DNA from: Carcharhinus longimanus
Lineage: Eukaryota
Direction of reading: 5' to 3'
NCBI GenBank assembly: GCA_030264375.1
Contig: JASCQW010000061.1
Location: 91,518,400 to 91,582,399, forward strand
DNA: 64,000 nt
The notes beneath the pieces were generated by a model that was not told the origin of the DNA, did not search any database, and was given only the letters and a program-made list of their open reading frames with translations. A program made the translations under genes and the position numbers. The stretch's first letter is position 1; every line of letters begins with the position of its first letter. Positions 36,742 to 51,129 of this stretch are shown one piece after another.

Positions 36742-39560
36742 TCACAGAATTACTACACCACAGACACATACACCACACCATTTAGCCCATCCTTTTACAC
36801 TGGCTCTCTAAATGAAGAGGTCGCGGAGTGCAATTTCCCGTTTTCTCCCCATAACCCTATGCATTCATTCTTGACAGATAATAACCCAATTACCTCCAAT
36901 TCTTTGTTTGAACCTGCCTCCATCACACATGCAGGCAGCATATTCCAAATACTAACCACTCAAAGTTTCTCATGTCTCCATTACTTCTTATGCCACTTAC
37001 CTTAAATCTATGCCCTTCTTCCACCAAAGGGAACAGTTTTTCACCTACTGTGCCCAGACCCCTCATGATTTTGAATCTCTTAAATCTTCTCTGAACTTTC
37101 TCCGCTTCACTCTCTCTTTATTTTGAAGTTCCTCAACCCTGGAACGATTCTCATGAATTTTTTTCTGCACTTTACTGCTTTCCAAAGCATGATGCCCAGA
37201 ACTGGATGCAATATTCTGCAAGGTTGAACCGACATTGCTTATAAATTTAACAAACTCTACAGCTTTTGAGTACAAAATTATTCACCATGCGCCCAACCTG
37301 CCCTATCAACTTCAATGACTTATGCAATCAGGTCCCTTGCTCCTGCATAGAATTATTTTACATTGGTTTGTATTCTTCCTGTCTAAATGAATCATTACAC
37401 ATTTCTCTATATTTTATGTTACCTGCCACATGTCTGTCCATTCCACCATCTTGTCTTTGTCATTTTGAACACAAGGTACAGCAACAGTAGGTGGTCATTT
37501 GACCCCTTGAGCCCTCTGCACCATTCAACGAGATCACGGCTGGTCTTTTACCTCATTTTCTCACACTTTTCCATATCCCTTAATATCGTTAATAACTAGA
37601 AATTTATCCATCTCTCTTGAACATACTCACTGACTGAGCCTCCACAGCCTTCTGTGGTTGAGAATTCCAAAGACTCATCACCTTTTGAGTGAAGAAATTC
37701 CTCCCCATCTTGTTGTTTTCTTTATTCTGAGACTATGTCCCTGATTCTAGACCACCTCCCACCCCTCTCCCTACCAGCTCACCTTCTATTATATTGGGCC
37801 CTGTATCAGTCAGCTGTCACTCCTCTAAACTCTAGAGAATAGAGGATCAGTCTCCACAATAGCATTGCAATCAGTCTGGTGACCCTTCATCGTATGCTCT
37901 CTATGGCAAGTGTATCCTTCCTTTGGAAAAAAACGACCAAAGCAAGACACAAAGCAAGACCGGGGCAGGTGGTTGAGGTAGAGGTAGGCGAACATGTGGC
38001 TAATAGTGACCACAAGTCCGTCTACTTTAGGATAAANNNNNNNNNNNNNNNNNNNNNNNNNNNNNNNNNNNNNNNNNNNNNNNNNNNNNNNNNNNNNNNN
38101 NNNNNNNNNNNNNNNNNNNNNNNNNNNNNNNNNNNNTTCAATAAGATCATGGCTGATCTGAAGTGGATCAGTTCCACTTTCTCCCCATAACCCTTAATTC
38201 CCCTGTCTATCAATAACCTATCTATCCGTGACTTAAATATATTTATCGAAGTAGCCTCCACCACTTCAACGGGCAGAGAATTCCAGAGATTCACCACCCT
38301 TTGAGTGAACAAGTTTCTCCTCAACTCTGATCTAAACTGTCCCCCCCTTATCTTGAGGCTGTGCCCTCTAGTCCTGCTATCCTTTCTACGCAGGAAGAAT
38401 CTCTCTACCTCCACCCTATCCATCCCCTTCATTATCTTATATGTCTCTATAAGATGCCACCTCATCCTTCTAAACTCCAACGAGTACAGACCTAGTCTAT
38501 TTAGTCTCTCTTCATAGTCCAACCCCCTCATCAGAAACCCCCTCAGTAGAAAGCCCTTCTACTTGCTTATTGCTTTTGCAAGTTAGCCTTCAGTGACCTT
38601 GTGAACAAGGATATCAAGGTCCCTTTGGACATCAACACTTGCCAATCACTCACCATTTAATACTCAGTTTCTGTTTTTCGTACCAAAATGGAAAACTTCA
38701 CATTTTTCCATGTTATAATCCATCTGTCACACTCTTGCACACTCATTTAATCTTATGTTCTACATTACCTCAGTGCACAATGTTTCCAAGTTTCATATCA
38801 GCCATGCCCTCGTTACACTAGGTTGTTATGTACATAAGAGAAAGGGTCCCAACGACAATTCCTGCGAAGTTTACAACAAACCACGTCTAGTCTGTAACAA
38901 CATGCATCAACCGCTACTCTGCTTCCTGTCATTCTGCCAAATTTCTATCCCAATATTGCTATTGTCCCTTTAACTTTGCTCTCAAGTCCACGGTGCAGCA
39001 CTTTATCAACTGTGGTGGCTAAATCACTGAAAGAGGTAACAAATAGATTTCTATGTACACTACATGAATAGCGTTACCCTCATTAACCTTTTTTGGTCAT
39101 CACCAAAAAAAGCACCAGCAAGTTAAAACATAGTTTGCCTGTAACAACTCTGCGCTAACTTTTCTTAAATAAGCCACATGTGCCCAAGCGACTATGAATT
39201 TCGGCCTGAATTATTGCTTCTAGATGTTTCTCTACTGCTGAATTTAAACTAATTTGCCTGTTGTTGCTGGGCTTAGCGTTGCATGTACACCTTTTTGATT
39301 TTGAACAAAGGTGTAATATTTGTGATTCTCCAGTGCTCTAGAACCAGAAACCAAGGAAGAAAATTATGGCCAGTGTCTCCACAATTTCCACTTGCTCAGT
39401 ATTCTTGGATGCATCTCATCAGGTCCAGGTGCCTTCTCAACATTAGTGCAGACAGTCAATCTAATACTTTCAATTTTAAATCTCTCAAGTGCCTGGATTA
39501 TCTCTTCTTGCATCTTACTTGAAGACATTCGCAAAGTATCCATTTAATACCTCAGTTATA
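36742..39560 (-). mobile_element. Cluster of nested CR1 fragments of different ages
   Basis: Several CR1 3' ends (about 36742 and 37475) and RT pieces (38540-39560, e.g. gcagcactttatcaac, ttgcctgttgttgctggg). It includes the young copy below and an opposite-strand endonuclease fragment PGQVVEVEVGEHVANSDHKSVYFRI at 37955-38036. Confidence 0.75.
38138..38531 (-). mobile_element. Young CR1 ORF2 C-terminus, open frame
   Basis: Uninterrupted MRGLDYEERLNRLGLYSLEFRRMR...RTRGHSLKIRGGQFRSELRRNLFTQRVVNLWNSLPVEVVEATSINIFKSRIDRLL. Confidence 0.92.
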
Positions 39561-39579
39561 ACTCTACCTCCACAAAATC

Positions 39580-39640
39580 CAGGGTGACCAACTGACCCAG
39601 ATTTTCCAGGTTTGTCCTGGAATTTGATTTGATGTCCTGC
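39580..39640 (+). mobile_element. hAT (Blackjack-like) terminus remnant
   Basis: agggtgaccaactgacccagattttccaggtttgtcctgga resembles TAGGGTGACCA-type termini; no partner TIR was located. Confidence 0.3.
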
Positions 39641-42349
39641 ATCCTGCGTTAGGGCTTCCTGGTTTGCCATTTTCTTGGATTTCTCTGAGCAGCAAGGGAG
39701 AAAATTATTCAATGCCTCCTCTTGCCACTGCTCATTCACCGCTCCTGAACTGTCACTGCAATACAATAAAGCTGACAGTACACATAAGCAGACAACCACA
39801 ATAGAACAGCAATATATCTCCCAGCTTCCATCGGTGGCTGGCTGGAATGTGAGGTGGTGGTGATCTGGTAGAGGTCCAGAGAGATGTCTGGCAGGTCTGA
39901 AGGGGAATGGCGAAGGAGGAGGGGTTGGGAAGAGCCAAATGAGGTAATAACTAGTAAGCCTATCAGCAGCAAACCTGGGCGAGAAACAGCCTATGATTGG
40001 GGGAGTAGCTCAAAGCAAGATCTTCCATTCAAACTTACCTCTGAGTGACATTTTGAAAATTGGCCCCAGGTGCTGCACAGAGCAGCTTTGCAGGCCAGAT
40101 GTATGCATTGGGCCAGCTGGTTCTGGAAAATCATGTCCCTCTCTGCTCTACACAACTACTACTATCCCTGTCTATATTCAGATCACTGAAGTCCCCCCAT
40201 TATAACTACTCTATAATTGCCAAATTAGCTAAAGATTGGCATCTGCGATGCTGGGGACCTCAGAAGGAGGAACAAGCAAGTCTTTGTCGAGTGTTGAGGC
40301 AATAATGAATAGTTCATCAGTCCCATGACAGTCAGCATTCAGTCTTACGTTTAGATAAGACTTGGGCCGAGTATAAATTACCACAGCACAAGGTTATTGA
40401 ATGCTGATCAAATATCACTGGAATGATCATTTGGTGAAAGGTTCAGATGTACAACTGCAGTAGAAGTTCATTCATTCCAGTAAGTGACAATCAACCCTTG
40501 TCCTGAAATTCAAACATTCAAATTATCAATTCAAACTTACTGTGAATACCCTCCAGGAAATGACTTTGAGCCCTACAGTGACAAACATCCTTTTGTGCTC
40601 CAAAACTGACTAAATAAGACCATCCCATTCATTATATTCACTCCTTTTACTGAAAACCCTGGAAACTTCGGATGTTATTAAAAGATCAATTTGTGCTGAA
40701 CTTTGCAATCTTTTATTATAATTGCCACATATGCAGCTGTGCACTTCGAGCAATCAAATGAATGCTTCAGAATCTACTTTATTATACAGCACAAGCATGG
40801 AAGTGCTTACAGTCATTAAAGGAAGTGAATTCATCTTGCAGTTACAGTACATAGTAGAGTCCATGCGATCCAGGGCAACTGTCATTGGGTGTGCAATGAG
40901 CACACTTGTTAGTATTTCCACTCCCAGTGCCAAAAATTGATAGTAAGTATTCAAAGTTCTTTTTGAAAAGTACAGCGAGTTCCTGTTGCTAGCAAGCCAA
41001 TAACAAACACGCTTATCACAAAGCACAAAAGTTCATAATTATATTTTTAGCTTCAAAATCTAAACCTTGAATAACGCAGGAAAATAATACTGCATATGTA
41101 CATACATACATAATATTACAGAATTACTGCCAAATATTATTTTGATAGTTTAAATGATTATCCAAATTTCTAGGCAGCCAGTCCTGAGGACAATTAAATA
41201 CAAACATCTTACAGGACTACCTAATCCATTGTGGAACTCCCAACAAAGACAAGGTATCAAATATACAGGGTCCAGTGAATTGTTCAACTTCCACAAATCA
41301 GCTTTAAAACTTAACATTGCACCAATTTAAGGAGTCCAATCCTTCATCGTAAGGAGGTTCAATTTCAGTCTGAAATAATATTTTTGTTTTGGCTTTCAGC
41401 TATATTCCTCAGTAATGTGATTTGAACACTGCACATTATATATTAGCACTTACAAACTGCAAACCGCCTAATTTATCCTGGCAAGGTCTGGAGGAAAAAT
41501 ATAGAAATCCGACTTCATCCAGATTAAACTTGACAAAGGTTACATTTTTTCACACGAAAGGCCAGTTTTAATTTGCTTCAACATACTTTATTATACACTT
41601 CAAAACATCAAATAGTAAAACTCGCAGACCATAATTTTGATCATTTTAAAATAATTATTATGCCACAATGACTATACATTATCTAAGGGTAAACACCAAG
41701 CTCCAAACAACTCACTTCGCATACAACATTGCAAATAGGAAATTTCAATCAAGGATTTTCTTTAATTGTTGCACACAAAATTTGGAAAGCATTAGTTAAA
41801 TAGCTATTATAAAGTTTATATTTTGCAGTAATCCCATAATATAGTAACATTACCAAATAAAATTATGTAAATGCCAGTCTTGAGAATTTCAACTGATTAA
41901 TATGCATAGCTTTTTCAAGAATAATTTCTCATATCCACTACTCCCTGTGTGAAATGGTGCTTTCTGATTCCACTCTAGCTTTCAAGTAACCCTGTAGTAT
42001 AAATGAAGGTAATGTTTCTATTTAGATGCCAAATGCAAAACTTTTAAAATTAGTAAACCCCACATTTACACCAGCTGGATTATCCAGATTGACAATTAAG
42101 CAAAATGGTCATGGTTTCCAATCACTCCCACCAAGTAAGGTTCTCTTGCCTATCGTCCAAGAACTGACTGAAGATAATCAAAATTACAACTCAAACATTA
42201 AACCGTATTCCCAAAGGCAGATAGAAAGCTGTAATTTATGGGATGTTGTTAAATCTGTATCAATACAATTGATGTCTTTTTTGTAAATCAAAAGGCCCTG
42301 CAATACATTTCAACAAGAGGAACTGAGCTTAAGTCACCATTTGTAGCAA

Positions 42350-42935
42350 ACCTTTGCTGGAAGATGACCTACAGTCGGCACCTCAAAACAATGCAAAAGT
42401 ACCACCAGTTTTTTGCAAGATCCTCCAAACCCAGTGGCTACATGGTCCATCAGCAAGCAGCCAACTCTCCCAAACAACCTGCCAAGCATCAAGGCTGTAA
42501 TCACTCAAAACCAGCTCTGCTGGTTAGGGCATGCCATTCGCATATCTGACAGAGTCCTTAAAGAACTTGGTTGTGGAAGGAGGCTCCCAGGAAGACAGCA
42601 GAAATACTTTGTGTCCTCAAGGCATCCCTGAAGAGGTCAAACATACTTAGCAACTCATGGGACATCCAGACTTGTGACCAAAATGTAGAAGGCTCAATCA
42701 GGAATGCACTGAGCACATCAAGAGACTGCATCAGGAACATGCAGAGGAAAAGTGATGGTGTCAGAGGTGAGTGCACAAATCTCCAAGTAACCCATGTACC
42801 CAACTCTTCAAGCACCACCTGCCCCTCATGGTAAAGTCTGCAGAATGAGCATTGAACTTATCAACCTTTTTAAAACCATTGAATTGAAGCAGAACTTAGT
42901 CATTCTAGATCATGAGAGAGACTGTTCAAGAATAA
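42350..42935 (+). mobile_element. RTE-clade LINE 3' fragment
   Basis: Motifs in shifting frames: TYSRHLKTMQKYHQ, LPSIKAVITQNQLCWLGHAIRISD, GRRLPGRQQK and VLKASLKRSNI. Confidence 0.8.
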
Positions 42936-45900
42936 TCATTTGCTGGTAATGATTTTGGTATCCCTGAAATGTAACTGTGTGGTTTGGTTGAATATAACAG
43001 TCAGAGTTTGGTTGTATTAATCAAATTAGTGGGACTACAACTGTACACATGCTGGATTCAATGCTGATGCTGTATTGAGCTCCATCCACCCAAGCCTCAA
43101 TATTGGCTGTTTGTGATATGAAGTCCTCATAACACGTGCTTGCTATCAAACAAGTGGATAGTGCATTGAACATTCAGAAAACAGTTAGTGCTATTTTCAA
43201 CACGTTTTCCTTACTGGCACTTGTACGGTCTGGATTGAGTTCTAAACATTTGTACTGCCGGTGTGTGAAGTATGTTGTTGTTGAATGTAAGATTAGTTAG
43301 TTACTTCAGTGAATCCATCTTATTGCATATTCAACAGATGCTTCCACCCAGAGGCACTCTAATTTTAAACAGAAGCATGATTAAAGCACTTGTAGACAAG
43401 GGGTGTTGAATAATAATGTGCATGTTGCTCATGATACATTCAGCAATGCATACTCTGCTTACGAGTGTCTTTAAGGTTGATTTGAGAGGCAGTCTGATAT
43501 GGGTGACCAGTACTGAAGGAAAACAGTACACATGAGTACTGTTTACTTAGGGTAAACTCCTTTTCAATTTAAATGCTGAAAACACCAAAAGTTAAACCAA
43601 TGTTGCGCGAATTGTCTGGTCTCAAAATCATTCTCAGGACCTAAAGTTACCTGATATAACCTAGGCTCATTTGGGTTTAGATCAGATAAATTTTCTTTTA
43701 AATCTAATCTTCATATTTCCACAGACTATAGATGCCTTTTCACAGCCAAAAGCCACAACCTGTTATCTTCATTTCACATCATTTTCATGCAAGACACACA
43801 CAGGAGCAGTCTTGTACATACACTAATAGTCAGGACACTTTAAATTCTCAGAGAGCCCTGCTTTCGTCAACTGAGTTCAGTTGCTTTCCAAAAGTATGGT
43901 GGATTCAAACGAGTATAAAAATCTGAAATCCTTTTGTAGTAGTGAAAATAGCATTATAAACAAGCATTGCTGTACCATTTTAATATCCTATGCATTATAA
44001 CAAGTCACACAATTATTATTATACAGCTTCCAGTTGCAAAAAGTAGAAGTAATCAAATTCAGAAAAGTTATGAGTTACAGTTACCATTGCAAATCATTAA
44101 TCCATTTAAGTTCACCAGGTTGGCAGAGGGGATTTCTTCTCTTCGCTCGTGCAATTACTAAAGCAGACAAGGGAAACTTTCCATGATCTTGCGTGTATTT
44201 ACAAGAGTGACTGAACTTAAATTGGTCAACATTTTAAAATTCAGATGAGCAATCGCTGTGAGCAGACACACGCAGAGTGACGACAGGGCATTCTGCTTTG
44301 TAGTAATTTCCTCAACTTAGATTGCCAACTCCAAACATTAATTTCTCCCCTCACTTTTAAGATTACAACCATGCAAAAGCATTTTTAAAATATATATACA
44401 TAGTATTTGTATGTACCATTCTTGTTATCAAATTCAATTCTAATGAAATGAAAACCGCTTGGTTAAACACCAGTTAATAGCATTAGCTGCTCTGATTTTA
44501 CACACTGAATGGACCTGTTTATACATGCCACAACTTTCCCCACATCAATAAATTATGTCAACATTACCCTCTCTCTCTCTCTCTTTCACTGCAGCTGGTT
44601 ACTATACAATCAACAGATTCTGCTCAGCTGCTTATTTAAATCCCTAATTGTGCCAGGGATAATACATCACTTAATACATTGCAAAGCAGGGAACATCTAA
44701 GAAAGTAAAATAACTAAAGATTAGCGACAGTAGAATGCACAATAATAAAAATGACAGTCAAAAAAAATCAGTTAACTGCAAATCTTAGTTCAGTGCATAT
44801 TTCTAGCTCACAAAATCAGTGAGCATTTTAGTAAGCTGCACTGTATTACTGTTCACAGTTATGACGCAGACACACTGCAATGCAGCAGGAAGCTTCTGTG
44901 ATTAGCTCTATTGTGGCTTAGATGTGGTAACACTCACTTTCTGCACAACCTGCAGCCACTTCCCATGTGGCTAATTAAGACGTGATGCAGCCAGTGAATT
45001 AGCAAAAATATATGAAGGTGCACTGTATCTTTCAATTGTAAAACTAACCTGTACACAAGGTGACACAGTAATCAGTTTCACTTCAAATTAAAACTGAAAA
45101 CTACCTTAGTGTTCTATTGCAACAGTCCAACAGATGCTGCCATAGCAAGTGAATGCAATCCCTCATGACTCTGATGTCTGGAAACAACGCCAAGACTTCT
45201 GATATTTTCCATCAAACCTTTTGACAAAGTAAGTTGCAACATTCAACAAATCCTCATCTTTCCAGAAAATCAATTATAAAAAACTTTATTTGTTGAAGTT
45301 AGATAGCAATAGTTCAAAATACATAAAGGAAAAAATCCAAATAAACATTTTAAAAAGCTAGCAACAAACTATATTCGGAATAAGCAATATTACGGCAAAC
45401 TTAAGCACCACAAGAGTGTAACACTAAGCAACCATTCATTTGAAAAGATCAGACACGGTGAGACATGACATACCATGATCAGAACACCAAAGCAGCAAAG
45501 AGGTCTAATCCAGGTTTATTCGCAGAAGTGACTATGACCTGAATAAAAACTCAGAATTGCATAAAGTCAGTCATTTTTGGGCTCCTAGGGATTAGGTGGG
45601 GGCAGGTCAAATGGATTCCCTGAAAAGCAGTAAACTTAGGAAAATTAGCAAACAATGTAAATGGAGGAAGGATATGCAAAGTCAAGATAGTATCCCACCA
45701 AACTGTAGAATGAGATAGGGAAGAAATACTGAGTTGACAGTATTACAGAACACTTTAGCACCCTAATGCTGAGCAGGCTCACTACAGAGCAAAGTGCAAG
45801 TACTGGAGCTAGCAAAATCTTTCCTTCCTTCATTGTCAATAATTCAACAGGTGAATAAATCGTGTCTCAGATAAATTCAAGGAACATACCCAATTGAATT

Positions 45901-47408
45901 AACTTTCATAAACACTTCTCTGAAGTAGAGTTAAAAGCAGCACCCACAGTTGTCTGGTATGCAAACAACAACAGATTGATTAAATGTCTCATTCTTGTGT
46001 TTTCATGGAAAAAAGACGAAGACAAATGATTAACATTTAGGATCACAAGTCTTTCTGTGCTCTTCCTTCATTCCATAACTTCAAACTCCTATTATGGTTA
46101 AGAAGAAAACATTCTCAGCTTAAGTTTAAATGATATTTGATCAACTTTATTTTGTAGATGCATGCAATGGGAAAAAAAACAAGCTTGTATTATGAAATGG
46201 ATGCCATTCTCTGTTGAAAATATCCTTTGAGCTATTCAATCACTAATTAGTGTGAAGCTCACTCAAACATGCAGTGACTGGAAGAGTTCTTTTTATGACT
46301 CATTACTACCTGCCAGGATTCTGAAATGGCTTTTTAGGCCAAATATAAAGCTAGCTTATGATATCTACGTCATCACTAAAACACCTTTGGAGAAGCTACT
46401 CATTGGGAGATTAAAATTATAACAAATCTACAAAGGAGAGAGATTTTTTAACCTTTACCTTAAAGTGGCTATTTAGAAGATCTCTCTTTTGGGAATTCAG
46501 AATGGAAAAAGATAGCTGACAAAGTGAAACTTCTTCAATAATTCAGAGGTAATGAAAAATGAGTTTCAAAATTTGGTATCACCAAATCCTTAATGTTGAC
46601 ATATGTCAGTAAAACTCCTCGTGTGTATATGCTCCTATATCCTAGCTTTTTATAAAAAACAAGACTATAGGGTTCTAATGGCTGACAGAAATAATTGATT
46701 TGCCTAGTAAACTGGTTGTTTTAAGTATGCAACTAAATTATGGGGAATTAAATACTTATTTTATCCTCTGCTCTGGATGGTCTAGTATTAGTTCTGAGAG
46801 AGACAGAAATTATACAGAACAATACTATATGAACACACTCTTTTTATACTAAATTGCCCATGAGGAAGTACCTGTGTTCTGATTTGTATTTTTCTGCTGC
46901 TTCAGCTCAGATGAGAAGCTCTCCCCACGTTAAGAATTTGAGATGAACCCAATCACTCTATAATGCAATACTATTCAACAATAACTGTGCCATTTCAATT
47001 ATCTTACAGTAGTAGAAATGAAAAGACAAACCACTGGCAGATGTATTGTGCTGAGCAAAACTAACAGAAAATGAGTCAAACTCCTTCCAACACCAGGCTG
47101 CAGGTCAGCAGCATGGATTTTTTTCTCCACAATCTCTAAGGACAGACAACACATGTTCAGCAATAAAAGAGTAATGTTCACACTGCATTGCTCTCTGAGC
47201 CCAATCATCAATGCAAAAGTGGTTTATAACATTTTTTTTAAACTTTATTCCAATCCAATCAAGTCAAATTAAACCCAATTCAGAGTCCCAACAAGTTGGG
47301 ACATTCCCNNNNNNNNNNNNNNNNNNNNNNNNNNNNNNNNNNNNNNNNNNNNNNNNNNNNNNNNNNNNNNNNNNNNNNNNNNNNNNNNNNNNNNNNNNNN
47401 NNNNNNNN

Positions 47409-47480
47409 TTGGACTTTAACCTGGTGTTGTGAGACTTCTTACTGTGTTTACCCCAGTCCAACGCCGGCATCTCCACATCA
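47409..47480 (+). mobile_element. Penelope-like terminal repeat (5' part hidden in N gap)
   Basis: ttggactttaacctggtgttgtgagacttcttactgtgtttaccccagtccaacgccggcatctccacatca is the same family as 31150-31310. Confidence 0.75.
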
Positions 47481-47664
47481 TTCTTCCCACAGTCCAGAGA
47501 TGTGCGGGTTAGGTTGAATGGCTATGCTAAATTGCCCCTTAACGTCAGGGGAATAGTAAGGTAAATATGTGAGGTTACGGAGATAGGGCCTGGATGGGAT
47601 TGTTATTGGTGCAGGCTCGATGGGCTGAATGGCCTCCTTGTGCACTGGGGGATTCTATGATTCT
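47481..47664 (+). mobile_element. HE1-like V-SINE 3' half
   Basis: cccacagtccagagatgtgcgggttagg...gctaaattgcccctt...ggcctccttgtgcactgggggattctatgattct. Confidence 0.85.
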
Positions 47665-48519
47665 TGGCTTTCTTCTGGCTCCCTAGGTCCTTCATGCCTG
47701 GCTCACTCAGTGTCACTGGCATTTGGCATTAAACAGAGATGATAAGTGTCATCAGGCCCTGACTTCTGGCTTTGCCTGGTGCATTAGTGGCTAATGTGTT
47801 CCTGTCACTAATTTGTCAGTAGGTGGATAATTTGGACCCACACTAGACATAAAAAGAATGCAAGGGGAGAGAGAGAGAGAGAGAGAAAAGCAGGAAAAGA
47901 AAGAGAATTATTAAACAGACAATTCCAATGCATGACGTTCTGATAAATCGAAATTGGAAGAAAGATATTAGATATAAATTCCTTGAATCTTTCGTACTGG
48001 TTCATACACTGAAATGAGTATGAGGTATGTAGAAAGGACAGCTTTTTCTTGATGTGTTGGTGTAGCTGATCGCAGCTGAGGCAGCAGAGGGGTGTGAATA
48101 TTAGCTTCAGTGAACCTGAAAGAATAAAAATAGCTTACATTAATGTAGCACCTTGTTACAGCTCAGAGAAATATCTGAAAGCATTTCACACAGTGAATTA
48201 CTTTTTGAACTGCAGAAACTCTGTAAAACCCAGGCTCAACAATGATTTGAAGTTAAATAGAATCTCAAAACAGAAATCAGTTTTCACTGGGAAGATTCCC
48301 TTTCCAGTTTTCCGCTTAGCTATTAAGCAATGCAAGCCACAGACTTAATGAAGCTGACACCATCTTTAGCTGAAAAAGAACGAGCTGCAAGGAGACTTGA
48401 GCATCAGTAACACTGTTTAAAAACATCAGCATTGCCATCTTTGTGTATTATATCTGGCCCGAGACAGCATAATACTGGCAGCAACATCAAAAAAATAAAA
48501 ATTAATCATGTTTCATTTT

Positions 48520-48700
48520 GAAACTAAAAACAGTGCTGGAGAAACTTAGCAGCATCTGTGCAGAGAAAGCCATCATGTCATGTTGAACTTGAAACAAACC
48601 ATTTCTCTCTCCACAGATGCTGCCAGACCTGCTAAGTTTCTCCAGCACTTTCTGCTCTCATTTCGGATCTGCAATGCCTATGGTATTTTGCTTTTATTTC
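48520..48700. mobile_element. Penelope-derived foldback (inverted terminal fragments)
   Basis: Left arm agtgctggagaaacttagcag...catctgtgcagagaaa and right arm tctctccacagatgctg...ctgctaagtttctccagcact. Confidence 0.65.
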
Positions 48701-50214
48701 ATTTTGCCTTGCTGCTCAGTGTGTTGTATCCAGAGGCGTGGGAACTCATTGATTCCTGGTGGAAGGCCATGGGCTTTATTGACCATACTCATGCATTTCC
48801 GGAAGACGGGGATTATTGGACTAGCAATCAGGAAGCTACACCGTGCTTCTTTTCTTTCCTCCATTTCAGGGATATTGAGACAAATTGTGCAACCCCATTG
48901 CCCCTGGCTGAGATCGACTAATTTAACATTGATTTTTCCTTTCCCTGGCACTGAGTTGAAGCAGCTACCACCCGAGTGCCTCTCCATCTGGTGCAGCTCA
49001 GATTAGGGAGCTGTATAGACTCAAACCTACATCTTCTCATTCTGCCATTCCGAGCATGTGTATTCCTATCCTTAGAGTCTGCAGTGTACCTTTTCTAGAC
49101 TAGACTGTGCAATAATCAAAAAGATGGGAAAGAACAAATGTAGCACACAATAAAAGCCTACAAGATTGCATTACATTTTGAGCTATTCTAATGTGAGCCA
49201 CCAATTTATCAGTACTATAATAGTGAAAAATGAACAATTTTCCACGGCATCTCAACACGTTACTTGTTTTCATTTCAGTCCAAAAGTGGTCCAAATTGAC
49301 TCAGTTTTGTTCCCTTGTCCCTAGTCGGATTAACAATCTGCTAATGCAATTTTGATGGAGGTGTATTCATATATCTAACCTTATCTCTAACCAGAAAAAG
49401 AATTCACCAGCTGTAATTAATGACAAGCTGTAATCCTGTTCCCCGAAGCCACAGCAATACTCCTTCGCTACAATCAGCTCTCCCCAACGAATAGTGCAGC
49501 AAGTCCTGATAGGAATGAACACAATGCTTCAGACTTGGGATTCTGCCTGTACATATTCTAATTTCCCATATCATAGCAAACAGCAGAATAATGAATATAA
49601 AGAAGTAAGACATTCTGAAATACTTTCTGTTATGTGCCCTACGTGAAATATGTGGCAATCAGAGAAGAATAACATTTTTAAAATACATTGAATGCTTCCA
49701 GTTCCTAAGCCTTCCTCATTTATTAACAGATTCATCTCAGCATATAATGCAAAACACTTTTAAGAGAATCTTGTTAATACATAGCAGGCTTTCTATACTT
49801 GCATTAATCACCCTGTAGATTTTTAAAATGTTTGCTTTCACCAAAGTAAGTGTTGTTTCTCCAGATATAGCAAATACAATTATTTTTGGAATCTCCTAAT
49901 GGTAAAGAATGTGAGAATGAAGGATTTAACAGGCTCCTGTTAATGTGGTGCGAACAAAGTCTGTCCATGGTAGATTACTGAGACAATGAGCTAGGTCAGA
50001 AAACAGGATATCCATTGCTTCAGCCTGATACAGTTCACATTCATAAAAATCTCAAGTAATCCATTGCAAATGTACAGGCCTTCGAATTGCAAAGCAATGT
50101 GGAATCAAAACATTTTTACAGATCTGTCCAAATTACAGTGTCTACATTTCAATACTTAAAAAACTATATCCATGTCTCAATGCTCTAATTAATCCCATTG
50201 TCTGAACTACCATT

Positions 50215-51120
50215 CCTCTCCAATGTTCTCAAAAGCACTGGAATCTTATGATTCTGTGCACATCTCGGTCAAAATGGTTTAAAATCACTACTGACTGGCC
50301 TACCCTCTCTTTACACTGCCATGATGGATCTGGTCAAAATCACAAATGTCATTGTGACTGCAACATATCATTCATCCTTGACCTCTCTACAGCATACAAT
50401 AGTCAAACATAACCATTCCCACAGTACCAAACTGTCTGACATTAATTCACACAAACCACAACTTACTCCAGCTGAATACAGGGTAAGGTTTATGGCAGAG
50501 ACCAAAAACTACACACCCTGATGCCTTTGATTCCACTGACTCCACTCCCATCACTTGCCAAAAATAAAAAAAAATGTAAAATCTTGGTGTCCTGTTTGAC
50601 CTTGAGCTCAACTCCAAACGCAACATTCCATCAATCAACTACATACTTCCAACTTTACAACACTGCCTGCAAAAAAACCTCTGCACTACCACTGCTAAAA
50701 TCTTAATCGTATTTTTGTCATATCTTGATTATTTCAATTCTGGCCTTTCTGACCAAGCAGCCTGTGCAAAATCCAAACTGTCAATATGTCACTGCCATAT
50801 ACTATCCCATACCAAGGCCAATCACCCTCATTCTCATTACATTATCTCCTTATCCCCCAAATTAAATTTAACCTCATTTTATCTTCAAATCTACTGTGTT
50901 GCCCAATTCTATCAATCATTGTCCTAATCTATCATTACACCAACTCCAACTTTAAAGACAACTCACTCCGTACCATATGCTTCAGTCCTCATTTATGTCA
51001 TCTCATCAATGTTAGAATAGCTTTGTTACCTTACCTCCCACTCTCCATAATTCTGACCGCCAACTACACTTTCCTCAACTTCTTTAAAAAATGATTTCTT
51101 AAAAACAATCTCCTCAAATT
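50215..51120 (+). mobile_element. Highly decayed L2 LINE
   Basis: ggtcaaaatcacaaatgtc, cttgacctctctacagc (LDLS) and atcttggtgtcctgtttgacc (LGVLFD) are L2 RT-like remnants. Confidence 0.55.
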
Positions 51121-51129
51121 CCAACTTGT

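Noticed and set aside
47707-47842. Strong-looking minus-strand acceptor after a (CT)n tract, with a downstream gtgagc donor
   Set aside because: The 136-nt exon would shift frame and hits TAG after 11 codons, and the pyrimidine tract is a microsatellite. It cannot be supported without RNA data.
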